A stretch of DNA of 63,999 bases, filler included, from Diploschistes diacapsis (taxonomy: Eukaryota), in the NCBI GenBank assembly GCA_023645945.1. It is 12 parts of 12 records of this genome, joined end to end, with 100 filler letters (N's around TTAATTAATTAA, not from the genome) between each part and the next. Parts side by side here need not be neighbours in the genome. Positions count along the whole stretch, not along the records: positions 1 to 26,021 come from JALAIB010000192.1; positions 26,122 to 29,537 come from JALAIB010001923.1; positions 29,638 to 33,050 come from JALAIB010001924.1; positions 33,151 to 36,560 come from JALAIB010001925.1; 8 more parts are not named here. The stretch is one strand, 5' to 3'. Below are positions 23,501 through 36,660 of the stretch, one piece after another. The notes under the pieces were generated by a model, which searched no databases, was not told the origin of the DNA, and saw only the letters and a program-made list of their open reading frames with translations. The number at the start of each line of letters is the position of its first letter. Within the stretch, counting starts at the first letter, position 1. The translations under genes were made by a program, and so were the position numbers.

Positions 23501-26021
23501 AAGAGCAGGCCGGTTTTGAGTGGGTGCAAATGCTGGGTCTTACGCCCGTCCCACAACAGATTAGTGCCTTCTGCGATGTTGACAAGACAGCTAGAAGAAA
23601 GACTTTGGAACCTCCAGCTCCTTCTGCAGCAGCGTCGATCTCCGGAAATATGAGCGTGCCTGCCACGCCAACTAAGAGCAGGACTCCTAGCCCTCGGGAC
23701 ATTGCGGTACCCTTCGGGGAACAACCCACAAGAAATTTCCGGACATGGAAAGACTCTCCAGAAAAAGTCGTGGATATTGTGTCTTTAGAGTCTCAGCTAC
23801 CAAAGAGTAGGACTAGACTCCACAAGCGTCTACCAGGCTTAGCTCCTGAGCCGACAGAACCGGAAGGGCACCCGCAGTCTGAGTTGGACTTGAGCCCTGG
23901 AACCAGGCAGCGTAGAGGCACCGAATCTCCTCAGACCCCTGAAGGCAGAGGTAATAATCAGATAAGCGGTAGTCCTAGATTGGGCTTGAGGAGATACATG
24001 AAGCATCGTGACTCTAGAGCTTCGCAGGGGTCTCCGGAAATCGATAGCTCTCCAAGCTCACCACAACCACCCGAGAAATTCAAATCGTTGTCAGCAAAAT
24101 CTCTGGAAGCTTTACCCTCGAGGCCCAGCGAGCAGCGAGAACTGCGATCCCTGTCCCTAAAGACAACTGATGCAATCGAGCCTCAAGCGCCATCACGACC
24201 TCAGTATCACCGCAGAACTTCCTCTGTACCTTCCATGGAGCTTCCAACAATCAATAAGATAAGGAAAAATAGTGTGCCTTCGACGCCTGTTCAGGGCAAA
24301 GATCAAAAAATGAAGGAGCCATTGGAGGAGTCGCCTGGTAGGACTCCAAAGAAGCTTACAAAGTCGCAGCCGCAAGACGAGGAGGAAGAGCCACCGCCGC
24401 TACCTCCACCGCACAGAACTCCAAGCCCTGCACATCTAAAATGCGTGAAAACTCCGGATTTCAGCCCAGGGATGAGACCAACGCACCGTCGTACTTCGTC
24501 TCCGCTGAAGCATGAATACGAACCATCTACTGCAACGGAAACCTCTTCGGATTCAGACGCGTCAACAGTAGGACACGACGAGCAATCCTCTACGTCCGAT
24601 GCCTCTGATGAAGAAGACGACGATTCTGAGGATGGTGATGTTGCCATGCCCCTGCTACCGGTTGGCGCCTTGCAACGTCCTCGACCTCCACCGGCTTCTA
24701 TACCCTCTCTACCAAGCAAAACACTCGGTCCCTCGTCTTCAGCATCTCAGGCACCCTACAAAACCGTACCATCTCAACCCCAAAAAGCGGCAAAGACTGT
24801 TGCCTCTATATTCTACTGGTCCGACAAAACTTGGGAGAAGCTACATCCCGACGAATGTAGCATAGCTATTGCGCCTGGTATCATCGAAGCCTACGAGATG
24901 ACTGCCGCTCATTCTCATGTAGACCCACAGGACCTCGCTTCCTCTTCTAAATCCGCCGTTTCCGGCCAGAGCTCCACAAGCTCCCGTCCTCGGCCCATCA
25001 TTGCTCTTGAGCTTACTCCTCTGGTACCTATCCGCCGCGGCACCGCCCTAGATATCTCCATTCGCTCCCCTCCCACCTCCGGCTCGAAGATCACTTCCGT
25101 AACAAACAACAACGTCATGTTCCGCTCACGTTCCGCCGAGGAATGCGAAGCCCTCTATGCCCTCATCAACTACTCCCGCATCAACAACCCAACCTACATC
25201 GCCCTCCAAAACGCTCGCGCCACGTCCTTCAACCCCCAACTCGTCAACGCGGGCATCAATCGCGGCAAGACCACGCGCACACCGGCATCCTCCTGGTTCG
25301 GGCTCGGCCGGCGCCGGTCCTACCGCGCTTCCTCCGCGCCGACACCCAGTACAAGCAAGTCCGACTCGAGCGTCAACACCTCGACATCCGCCTTCTCCGC
25401 GCTAAAAATCTTCAAAGGCTCCTCCCGCTTCTCCATTCACCGCTCCACCATCCTCTCGCGCACTAGCTCCTCGAGAACAGGAAGCGTCTACACCTCCAGC
25501 GACAACAGCTCTGGCTCGGGAACTAGCACCCCCGTGCCCCCCGGCTCAGCGGGCCTGACGCCCAATATACCGGGCCTCGAAGGCAACACGGGCCCGCTCG
25601 GCCTCAGCAACGCCAAGATCAGACTGTATATCCGCGAGAGCGCGAGCAAATGGCGCGACCTCGGCAGCGCCAGGTTGACCATCATGCGGCCCACGAACGC
25701 AAGCCATCCGCCGCTCCTTTCCACGGCCTCGTCGTCCTCGCCGTCTACTTCTAGCAGCGGCAGTGCACAGCAAGGGCAAGGGGGCAGGCCCGAGTCCTCG
25801 TCCGGCGGCACGGCGTTTCGAGTTGGGTCAGGAGGTGGAGGCTTGGCGTCGCCGGGGAGACGGCAGAGCGCCAACGACAAGCGGATCGTGGTTATAGGCA
25901 AAGGCAAGGGCGATACGCTGCTGGATGTGACTCTGGGCGAGAGCTGTTTCGAGCGCGTGGCGCGGACGGGGATCGCGGTTAGTGTCTGGGAGGACTTTGA
26001 GGGGGGATTGGTGGCGAAGGA
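20515..26021 (+). CDS. Large hypothetical protein with central DH-like and PH-like folded regions; 3' end cut by gap
   Basis: >1830-codon open frame; disordered S/P/K-rich segments flank ordered blocks (ELADDETRYMREVRTLVDGVIPVLL; LLKRPLVRLKYLAK; KIRLYIRESASKWRDLGSARLTI). Domain names are inferred. Confidence 0.8.
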
Positions 26022-26391
26022 NNNNNNNNNNNNNNNNNNNNNNNNNNNNNNNNNNNNNNNNNNNNTTAATTAATTAANNNNNNNNNNNNNNNNNNNNNNN
26101 NNNNNNNNNNNNNNNNNNNNNCGTTTGGGGTGCCGGGCGTCTGAGAGAAATGGGTGGAAGAGGGGGGCAGGCTGGATAGGAAAGCCATACTAAATCAAGG
26201 CAAATGCGACATGATGGTATCTTCGGCTCTAATTACCTAAGACCTTTTCCTGCACAAAGATACCGAAGGGCCAACCCCAACCCCGCTTCCTTCGCAGATC
26301 GCAGCAAATAGCAGGGCAGAGATGGGTCGTATGTGCATATCCGGCATCCAGTCCAGTGCCAGTCAGGCAGCATTTCCATCCCAATCTGCAC

Positions 26392-26402
26392 CCCCCCCCC
26401 CA

Positions 26403-26449
<47 letters not shown>

Positions 26450-26460
26450 GAGAGAGAGAC
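26392..26460. repeat. Compound microsatellite poly-C/(CA)n/(GA)n; also (TTG)n near 26728-26753
   Basis: Directly visible simple repeats. Confidence 0.9.
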
Positions 26461-28122
26461 CCATGGATACACGCACGCACCACGAGCCCCTTTCGTAAAC
26501 ATCACATCGTACAGGTCGCAACAGCATACAACGAGATACCCCGAATTCGGGCAGCATGGGTAATTCAATATTAGCCGGGGATTCATTTTTATCTACAACC
26601 AACTTTCCACGCCCAAAAAAAAAATTTTCTAAGCTCTTGTTTAGATAGGAAGCCTTGGTGATGTTTCGAGCTCGAGGGAGAATAAAGGGGTGATCATCGG
26701 CTGGACCGTTGGGGGTTTTTTTTCTCCTTGTTGTTGTTGTTGTTGTTGTTGTTCTTCCTTTCTTTCCAAAACCCGAAACGGATTTTATAAATGATGTAGG
26801 TTCTTAACCCTGCTTAGGCCTCTTCAGTGCAATGCAGCCGCAGCGCAGCGCAAGTAAAAAGAATATAATCTAAGCTGACCGCAGAACCCCATATCCGTAA
26901 TGGCCGCTGCGTTGAAGTGTCCCTGGCCTCCATCTCATGCCTGCTTTTTTGAGTGCTTGGGGGTGTGTAGGGGTGGTAGAGGAGGAGATGGGGGGAGATG
27001 TGAGGCGATGTGAGGCGATGTGAGAGGGCGGGAGAGAATGAGATGGGGGAGAGGGAAGGGAAGGTAGAGCGTGAGGGGGGAGAACATGGGACAGCGAACG
27101 GGGGTTGGGAGAGTGTATATCGGAGTGCTTGAAAGAGACATGTATGGTAGAACAGGGCCTTTGACTCCTTCCAAGACTGACGGTACTGAATTGCCGATAG
27201 GTAACAAATATTAAGGAGGTGATAGTAGTAAATAAAGTCAAGGTACTTAGCGTTTTCTATCCATGATAGTGACGTGCGTTATGTATATGGGATGAAGTGG
27301 AGCTTTCTGGAGGACCTCGAGGCTCCTGAATTTTAGTACCATAGGAGAATTCACTGACGATAGGATTTTGAGACTTCGGGACTTGAGGCTCTTTGAGGCT
27401 TTGGGACTTTGAAAGTTCCAGACTTCAAAGCACTACACCGGTCTTTACATACTAGATGACACCCCGTTTGGCTCAGGCGGCTAGCCCTAATCTCCTAGTC
27501 TCCTTCTTTCCCTGTGTGATAACTCCGCGCTACCCCGTACCTATTATGAAGCTGACTACAGTACTTGTAAGCGAAACCTGAGGTCCGCAGTTAAGTAGGG
27601 ATATAACAGGTGAGAGAGCTAGAAATTCAGCAGAGTAGCATAGTAACGGACTAGCAGGGGAGATGTAAGCTTATGGCAGAATCCGTGGCGTTGAAGGACG
27701 AACTGGGCGGTTTCATGGGTCGGTATAATTGGATACACTTCACTAATCCCGTTCTCGATATTATGAGGCGCATCTGTGCAAGACCAACAGGAGCGGCGGA
27801 CGGACGTAGAGGGCTGAGGCTGTTTGAGGTTCATATGCTTCCTTCGGACGACCTTCGGACGAAAATATGGTCAGTGTGCCTTTCACAAGCTGTGATATCT
27901 TATGTGGGCGATTGGACTCATGATGCGTGCATCCGACGCTGATTAAGGCCTCTTTACTAATCTCTGAAAGCATTTAGCAAGGAATATGAGGATCTATATT
28001 GTATATATACGATAAGGATGACTCGAGATAAAGTATTTGACATCTATATTGCAGGAACTTAAGTCCCTTACTTCTTCCGCAGAAAGCAAAGTTCACCATT
28101 AGGTTCCAAAAAAACTGCCCCA

Positions 28123-29168
28123 ATGCCTTGGTTCACCAGCTTTTTATATTCCCAACTCCTCGTCTCCCTGGCCGTTCCGACAACAGACCTCACCGGCCAG
28201 ACAATCATAGTCACCGGCGCGAATACAGGACTCGGTCTCGAGGCCGCCCGCCACTTCTCCCGCCTCAATGCTTCCCACCTGATCATCGCCGTGCGCAACC
28301 TTCCCAAAGGCGAAGCCGCGAAGAGCAACATCCTCGCTAGCACCAAGCGCAGCGCAGACTCGATAGAGGTATGGGAACTGGACCTGCAATCCTTCGAGTC
28401 CGTCAAGGCGTTCGCCGCGAGGGCGAGCAAGCTAGAGCGGATCGACGGCCTGCTCGAGAACGCGGGCATCGTGACCAAGCATTTCACGCTGGTGCAGGGG
28501 TTCGAGTCCGTGATAACGACAAACGTTATCAGCACCTTCCTTCTGGCGCTGCTCATGCTGCCGAAGCTTCGAGAAACAGCGGCTCGCTTCAAGACCCGGC
28601 CGCGGCTCTCCATCGTCGCGTCCGACCTGCACTTCATCGCTAGCTTCGCACAAAAAAACAGAGACAACGTTTTCGACGCCCTGAATGACGAGGCGCAAGC
28701 GACGATGGGGATGGAGCGATATGCAACCAGCAAGTTGCTCGAAGTCTTGATCGTGAGGGAGCTAGCGGCGAGGATGACGGCTAAGGACGGGAAGCTGGCG
28801 CCGATCGTCAACTGCATGACTCCTGGGGCTTGCAAATCGGACTTCAACCGCGAATCTCAGGGCGTCAGCAAAGCGCTGATCACGGTGGCGCAGAACGTGA
28901 TCGCGCGGACCACGGAGGCGGGCAGCAGGACGCTCGTTGCTGGCATTGTGGCGGGCGAGGAGAGCCATGGGGCTTACATGGCGGACTGTCATGTGGCAGA
29001 GTGAGTATTTGAAGCTCCCCTTGCCATCTTACGCATGCTAAAACAATGGAAACTAGTCCAAGCGCTTGGGTTCTGAGCGAAGAGGGTGCCAGAACACAGA
29101 GACGAGTATGGGATCAGCTGCTTGGGAGGCTAGACAAGATACAACCAGGGATTTCAAGGTTGGTTTGA
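28123..29168 (+). CDS. Short-chain dehydrogenase/reductase (retinol-DH-like)
   Basis: TGANTGLG Rossmann motif, LENAG, catalytic YATSK; one intron after 29000 leading to PSAWVLSEEG...QPGISRLV*. Confidence 0.92.
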
Positions 29169-29791
29169 TTCGACTGTGGACTTCGCGTTGTTTGGGTCTT
29201 TGGCGCACACGTGTAAAGCGGGCGATTTTGATTTTTCATTTAGGCTGGGATCGTAGAGTATTGTTTCAAACGATTTTGTAGATTGTTTTAATATCCTGAC
29301 TTTTTACCCAATCTACGGAGCTGTAAAAGTAGAGCAGTTATTCTGACCGAAATTTTGGATATTTTACATGACATCACGATGAATAAGCAGTACTTCCTTT
29401 TATATATAATTTATTAATAAATTGAAATAAATTATAATTATAGTAATTTTTTTAATCATAAATAAACAACGCGCCTTATTTATAATCTTTTTATTTCTTA
29501 TAATTAGCTATTACGATCGCGTTTATATATATATAAANNNNNNNNNNNNNNNNNNNNNNNNNNNNNNNNNNNNNNNNNNNNTTAATTAATTAANNNNNNN
29601 NNNNNNNNNNNNNNNNNNNNNNNNNNNNNNNNNNNNNGAGTAATTTACGTTTATTATTTTTCGAGAAGTATAAATCTTTTTAAATTTTTATAATTTCCAT
29701 AGAAGATTTATTTATATATATTTTAAAATAGTAAACCTATTGATTAATTTATTATAAAATAATAAAAACGGGAAGAAATCCGGATCCCTAT

Positions 29792-30380
29792 TGTAAGGCC
29801 TGCGGGGTTACACATCTGCCGCCTACTGCCACAGCCACGCAACTACATATAGTTTAATAGGGAAACAGTGCTTCGGGGTTCCTGAAAGCATTATAGTTAG
29901 TCTTTTAGCTTAGTAGGATAACGCTATTTATTAAATACTTCTTCCCGCTGTTATAGTTATGCTTTCAGTTCTTAAATCGTTGATTCGAGCACAGTTTTAT
30001 TATTTATATAAGTCGAATTAATTACGTATTATTATTATTTATAGATGTAAATCTGTTCGGGAACGTAATAAATATACTTAAAAACTTCTAAATCATTATA
30101 AATAATTACGATAAACGGTTTAGGGTATCTAACATACCCGGGGCGCTATATAAGACGTGACAGGTGCGGGGTCAGTCAGTGCGCTGGAAGCCAGCACTGT
30201 GGGGAGGGGAGATAATTATAAGGCCTGCGGGGTTACACATCTGCCGCCTACTGCCACAGCCACGCACCTACATATAGTGTAATAGGGAAACAGTGCTTCG
30301 GGGTTCCTGAAAGCATTGTGGTTAGTCTTTTGGCTCAGTGGGATAGCGCTACCTATTAGGCACTTACCCCCGCTGTTACA
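29792..30380 (+). mobile_element. TRIM-like miniature LTR retroelement (two 164-bp LTRs, ~260-bp interior)
   Basis: Direct repeats 29792-29955 and 30217-30380 (TGTAAG...TGTTACA, differing mostly by C>T/G>A); polypurine tract GGGGAGGGGAGA just before the second copy; no coding capacity. Confidence 0.75.
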
Positions 30381-31216
30381 GATAATATAGGATAATTAAT
30401 ATAACTCTCGTGCTGACGCTGACGGAACCAGATTCCGCCCCTCCCGTACGCAGTAGGTAATAGGTATCCGTGCAGCTTCCGATTGTTGTTTCATTATTCG
30501 GCACTTCCACGTATGATGGGATCACGAGAGCGGTAATTTGTATGCCATACATTGGAATGTTGATTGAGGAGGCAGTCTGCTGCCATTGCGGAGAGCTTTG
30601 ACTAGTCGACAGAGCGGGCCATGGCCACACTTTCAAAGCATATGGTATGGCCCAACGTCCCTGCAAACGAATATCTGCAGTGACCGAGACGAATACATTG
30701 TTGTCATTCTCCGTCTTCTCTCCAATTTACTATGCACGTCGTTGTAGATAATATCAGACAGATAGATAGACCCTAGAACGTAGGAGTGACGACGCCTTGA
30801 TTGATTGGTAATATAGTCCTGCGCTTCGCTTAGGAATTACTTGCATTATTACTGTTGCCAAGTAAACCAGGTCTGCGTTGATTTGGTCGCTTGCTTGCGG
30901 AGAATCTAATCTTCCATGGGATTTTGTTGCCCTCGGCAACTCGCTTTCAATCAAGCTTTAGTATAGCTCTAGTTCAAAGAGCATTTCAGTATTCGGCCTC
31001 GACCTCCACCTCAACGCTGCAAGATTACACTCACTCTTATGAACCTTGAAATCCGTGCTTCACACTCGCTGTCGCCTCAAATCAGGCTATTATTCTGCAT
31101 TGCTATAACTCCTGTGGACGCTCATCTCATTGGGGGCTCGCTCGCTGTTATTGACAGTGAACAGTTGCTCCCGCAACCCCCACCTGCCGCATGAGTCGAG
31201 CTCGCCAGAATTCCCA

Positions 31217-33050
31217 ATGTCCCCGCAGAAACCAAGGCCGGACTCCAAACACCGCAGTCGCCCGACGTCTGGCAACACATCTCCCACAAAGTCCCCCCCG
31301 CGATCTGGCGACCCTAAAAGAAGGTCTGCGAGTCCACAGAAACGAAACTCTGGTGATGCGGAGAAGCGGAAATCATACGCTTCTGAAGAGAAGAGGAGGT
31401 CGCACGCTACGGACGACAAGCGCATATCCTATGCATCCGACAGAGATGGCGTGCGCGAGAAGCGAAGGTCTGCGGCTTCAAGCCCGCGGAAGGGAAGTCC
31501 GAGGAAGAGCGGAGAAAGGAGGAATGGGGTGGCGGCAGGAGTGGGCGAAAGGACACCGGCTGGTTCGAACGCACTCAGCATGGACTCGCTCGCTAAGCTC
31601 GATGCACTCAATGAAAAGTCGGTACATAGAGAGAGAAAAGAACGAGAGAAAGAGAGAGATAGAGTGGTGACCGGTCGCGTCGTGAAGGAGAGGCACACGA
31701 AGCGCAGGAAAGATGCTGCCGACGGAGGGGAGAAAAGGACGAGGACAAAGTACATCAGCCCAGCAAGTCTTGAAGAGGCCTGGGGTCGAAGAGGCGGTTT
31801 CCTTCCCGAAAATAAGAAACGGCGAAAGGGGCTGCTGATCTGTCTTGTGGTTTTCGCGCTCCTCTTGATCCTCATTCTGGTACCCGTCGGGGTCCTGGTC
31901 ATCGGCAAGCAGAATCAAGGTGGGGGAAGCGGCGGGAATGGCAAAGCTTCGCCGAACAACAGCAACCTCAACAATCTGTCTGAAAGCGACATCCCCCAAT
32001 GGGCAAAGGGAACGTACTTTGACCCCTTTACCTGGTACGATACCGACGACTTCAACGTTACCGTCACCAACCAGACTGTTGGAGGCCTCCCCATAATGGG
32101 CCTGAACTCTACCTGGGACGACAGCGTGCAAGCCAACCCCAACGTTCCTGCGCTCAACAAGAAGTTCAACTACGGCAGCACCCCTATCCGCGGCGTTAAC
32201 GTCGGCGGTTGGTTTTCGCTCGAGCCCTTCATCACCCCCTCCATGTTCAACCCCTACGACCAGAACCTAGGCATTGTGGATGAATACACCCTCTGCCAGC
32301 ACCTCGGCTCCTCGGCCCCCTCCACCCTGGAGAAGCACTACAGCACCTTCATCAACAAGCAATCCTTTGCAGATATCCGCGCGGCCGGCTTCGACCATGT
32401 CCGTATCCCCTACTCCTACTGGGCCGTCACCACTTATCCCGGAGACCCATACGTCAAGGCCATCTCCTGGCGCTATCTTCTCAGAGCCATCGAATATGCC
32501 CGCGAGAACGGCATAAGGGTCAACCTCGACCTGCACGCCGTACCCGGCTCCCAGAACGGCTGGAACCACTCCGGCCGGCAGGGCGTGATAGGCTGGTTAA
32601 ACGGCACGGACGGCGCGCTCAACGGGGAGCGCAGCCTAGACATCCACAATCAGCTGTCGCAGTTCTTCGCGCAGCCGCGGTACAAGAACGTCGTCGGTCT
32701 CTATGGCTTGGTGAACGAGCCCAAAATGATATCCTTGCCCACGGAGACCGTGATGAACTGGACGAGCACGGCAATCCAAATCGTCAGAAAAAACGGCGTG
32801 ACGGCGAACATTGCCATGGCGGACGGGTTCTTGGGCTTACCGCAATGGCAAGGGAAGATGCAGGGGATCCAGGGGCTGGTGCTCGACGCGCACCAGTACG
32901 TGATCTTCAACGTCGACCAGATTGCGTTCAACCATCAGACAAAGTTGAACTTTGCCTGTGCCGGCTGGCAGGGACAGATGGAGCAAAGCATCAACGTTGC
33001 TACAGGGTAAGCCAATCAACCACCATCACCGCCACCACCACCCATCCCTC
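31217..33050 (+). CDS. exgD: GH5 glucan 1,3-beta-glucosidase, membrane-anchored ExgD/Exg2 type; 3' end cut by gap
   Basis: Basic disordered N-terminus, TM anchor (LLICLVVFALLLILILVPVGVLVI), IRGVNVGGWFSLEPFITPS, DHVRIP, DLHAVPGSQNGWNHSG, acid/base VNEP; intron donor near 33007, then gap. Confidence 0.9.
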
Positions 33051-36000
33051 NNNNNNNNNNNNNNNNNNNNNNNNNNNNNNNNNNNNNNNNNNNNTTAATT
33101 AATTAANNNNNNNNNNNNNNNNNNNNNNNNNNNNNNNNNNNNNNNNNNNNGGCGGGAGGAGCAGGAGGCTGGTTAGTATCGGGATACGTGGCAGCACGTT
33201 GACCTTCATTCGATGTATTTAATTGGGAGCGAACCTGGCTTGATATGAAATGTGGCTTGAACGCTTATAATAATATTTTGTAAAAGAGAAATTGCCGGGC
33301 AGGAATGAGCAGCCACAAGTAAGTTTGAGGCAATGAATTCGGAAAACCATAGTTCCTTTCATGAAATAGAGAGAGTCCTCCTCCTTTTTCTAGGAAATAT
33401 GTATAGATAGTAAAGATTGGGGGAACAAGCCAAGACCGAAATGAAGTGCCGGCCTTTTTTAATCACACCGCATAGTTGTTGCGTAGGCATATGATACTGA
33501 GATAGTAATAGATCAAAAACCTCGTGTTTCAGCTGCCGTATTAGCTCAATGGTAGTGTACATCTCAAGGTCATCCAACCTTCATCTTCTTGCTGCCTCGA
33601 CTATCGGCCTTGTGTCTACCACGAGGATTTACCTACCTTATAACTGCCGGCAGAGTCCACCTTGTGGCTGCCAGTACTATCTGATTTGCCTACACTCTTT
33701 CCCGCCATCCTTCTCGTTCTGCGCCCCTCCAATAGATTTCTGGTCGCCTTGATTTGTTGGTGGTTCAGATATTGCTGCTTTGTAGCGCATCATCTTTTTT
33801 GGGAGGCTGGAATACTAGGCTCCGTGGCTGTGGGCTGAGGATTGATGGGCGCGGCAATGGGCATTGCTGGAAGTCCTGTTATTCTGACAAAATAGGCCAA
33901 AGTAGTATCTTGTATGCAGGTCGAAGTCGACGTCATGGTTGTCGTTGTCTTACCCAAATACGCTGAGTAGTGATCGAATTGACTGTCACGACGATCTTTT
34001 CAGGGAAAGGCAGGGTTACGATGATATTGTCCTCGCAATACCCCTTGGTGTCCTCAACCTTAGTAACAACGTCGACTATCAGTTTCGTGACTGGCGTTGT
34101 TAGGGTCCGTCATTGGTAATAAGTTTAGTCCATTCCACTGCGCAAAAGCATGACTTCTCCGACCGTGGCAGTGGAACAGTGTGGGTAACTGTTTTATAAG
34201 ACACGCCTTCATATCTAGTAACAAAGTTCTGGATTTAATCTGTTCTACATTGAATGCCAATTGCACAGTCGGCATCTATTATAAAGCTGTGCGGCCTCGC
34301 TTACATATCAGCGACTGGGTCCGGAGCAAAAGTAAAGGGTTGGGCTGAGGAAGCCAGCAACGCGGCTGCCGCGAACCTTGAGAAATGCATCATTAGTAAC
34401 TGAATAGAGCAATGGATATAATTGAGAGAAGAAGACTGATGCAAGTGAAGAAGAAATAGGGTGATGGTCGGTTTTACAGGGCTGCTTGGTGAAATCTTAA
34501 TTTTGGTTATTCTGAGACCTTCATGCGCTCACTCTCCTTCGGTTCCAGCGCTTCTTCCTCAAAGACCTGGTAACTCCTGGCTGGTGGCACATAGCCGTGC
34601 TGCTCAGATGGTCCTTGGAGCAACACAAGGTAACAGTGTGTTAGACAGCGCCCTGACTATCTGGATCCAAATCGCTTGACGAAGAGCATAACTTACGAAG
34701 TAGACGTATAAGGCTGCAGTGGATGGCCCTAGGGAGTCGATCTCGTCGGCATCTATGGAGAAGAGGCGGCAAGATGAAGGCATATCCCGGTCCGGGAGGT
34801 CCGCTCCATGATTCTGTTGATTAATCCTCTCAATTACGGAGTATGACTTCGGAGATCGGGATTCGTAAGCTATGGCTATGATCGGCAATTCACCCTCAAA
34901 TGTGGAAATAGTTGTCGGCTTTAGGGAGAATAGCAATAACCGGGGGCACTGTCCAGCCACTGGGTTCATCCCGAAGAAGGTAGAAGCTTCGAAGGAAGGG
35001 GATCTCCTGGCGTTTTTGTGTATTATCTTCCCCTGATTGCGGTCGACGGCAGTGATCGTCCTGAAGCGATCGGGACACACTTTGGGGCTAGTACATTATA
35101 GCTGAGGAAACAACAGATGCTCTTTTAAGGATGTACAGGTGTAAGCTCTGCCGGAAGTGCTTCCATAGGGTGCCATGAAGTTGAGGACCAGCGAATCTCA
35201 AAGGGCGAGCTTGGCATCAAGAAAGTCTGAGATCGGAATGGATACCACATCGTAGCCTCCACAAGTGGTTGTGCTTATAATATAGATGGCTCCAGACATC
35301 GCTTCCCCAGTTCCTGTTGTCGTATGCATATCTAGAATCTCTCTTTTGTCGCTGTCATGGCTGAGCTAGTGGGAGCTGAAGTTGCTTGTTCCGCACCTTA
35401 TCTCCAACGATCTTCAGCCTTCTAACTAAGATTGCGCTTGATTCTGATAAGTTCAGGAGACCGTCTGTGGCTTATCGCCTCGCTTGTGCGATGGATGGAT
35501 GTGGGAAACATACTATCCCAGGTATTTTCGGGCTAGTTTCTGGCTCAGAACAAGAACAAGTCTTGTATAACAGGGGACTCTGTAAGCCTTGTTGAGCGTT
35601 ACAAGACTTATCACTTCTGCCTTACTGTGCGTCCCTGGTATTCCAGTCCTGCTACTGTTGAATAGACATAGTGAGTGTTCTTCGTTTTTGAGTATTTGCT
35701 GCAAACCATTTTTTGCGGCCTCACACAGCAATCCCCGATTTCTTGATCACCTCCGGCCTTAGAGCCTATCTCTAAATGATTTAGTATCTTATTCAGCATA
35801 CAGACCTTGGGCAACTCAATAGCAGTGGGCGTTGGCCACAGCGGAGATTTATGTTACCAACTTGCACCTGAGGCTGGCAGTTGCACATCCTGATGAACAA
35901 TCAAGCTTCTATTGGAAATGTGGCTAACCTTGGCTTTGCTCAGTAGACCATCGTTCCGACTTCTCAAGCTGCGCTAACCCATGCCTGGATGCAGAGTCCA

Positions 36001-36660
36001 TAGGACTCTACAATCTCCAAAGCGAATGCCATTTGGTATTAATAGCTCAGACGTTAATGGAGAAGTGCAAAGCGAGTAATGAACTATAACAGGCAACAAG
36101 TCCACGCACACTCTCGGAGTGCTGTTGTACATAATTGGGCTTTCGAAGGAAGAGACCAGGTTGAAAGTATTATATCATAGTTTTCCCACCAAAAAGTGAA
36201 TGAACGTGCTTCGCATCGAACCCAAATGGAGATATTTAATACCTTTGCTTAGGTTTCCTTGTGCACAGTAGCCTTGGAAGTCGGTCGCCATATGGTGAGT
36301 GGCAACGCACATCTGTAGATGTTTGGTGCGTTGAACCATGAAGTACAACGGTAGGTAGAAGAAGTTCCTTGACCGAAAAATGTTGATGCTGGTGTGCCAT
36401 CACGATTGGCTCAAAGAAGGGCAAGTGCTATTCTGCCTACTGTACACATAAATTACAAGATGAGTACCATGGTTCTACAGATACTTTCTCAATCACCCAA
36501 ATTTGTCTGCAGCCACAAGTACCTGTGGAGTCATCCCCCTCCCCAGCCACATTTGTTTACNNNNNNNNNNNNNNNNNNNNNNNNNNNNNNNNNNNNNNNN
36601 NNNNTTAATTAATTAANNNNNNNNNNNNNNNNNNNNNNNNNNNNNNNNNNNNNNNNNNNN

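Noticed and set aside
26229..27241. ORFs with SLSLSL/ERERER/CVCV repeats
   Set aside because: Translations of microsatellites and purine/pyrimidine tracts.
28068..28847. 259-aa antisense ORF over the SDR (and similar antisense ORFs over other GC-rich genes)
   Set aside because: Shadow ORFs expected from codon bias; no independent motifs.
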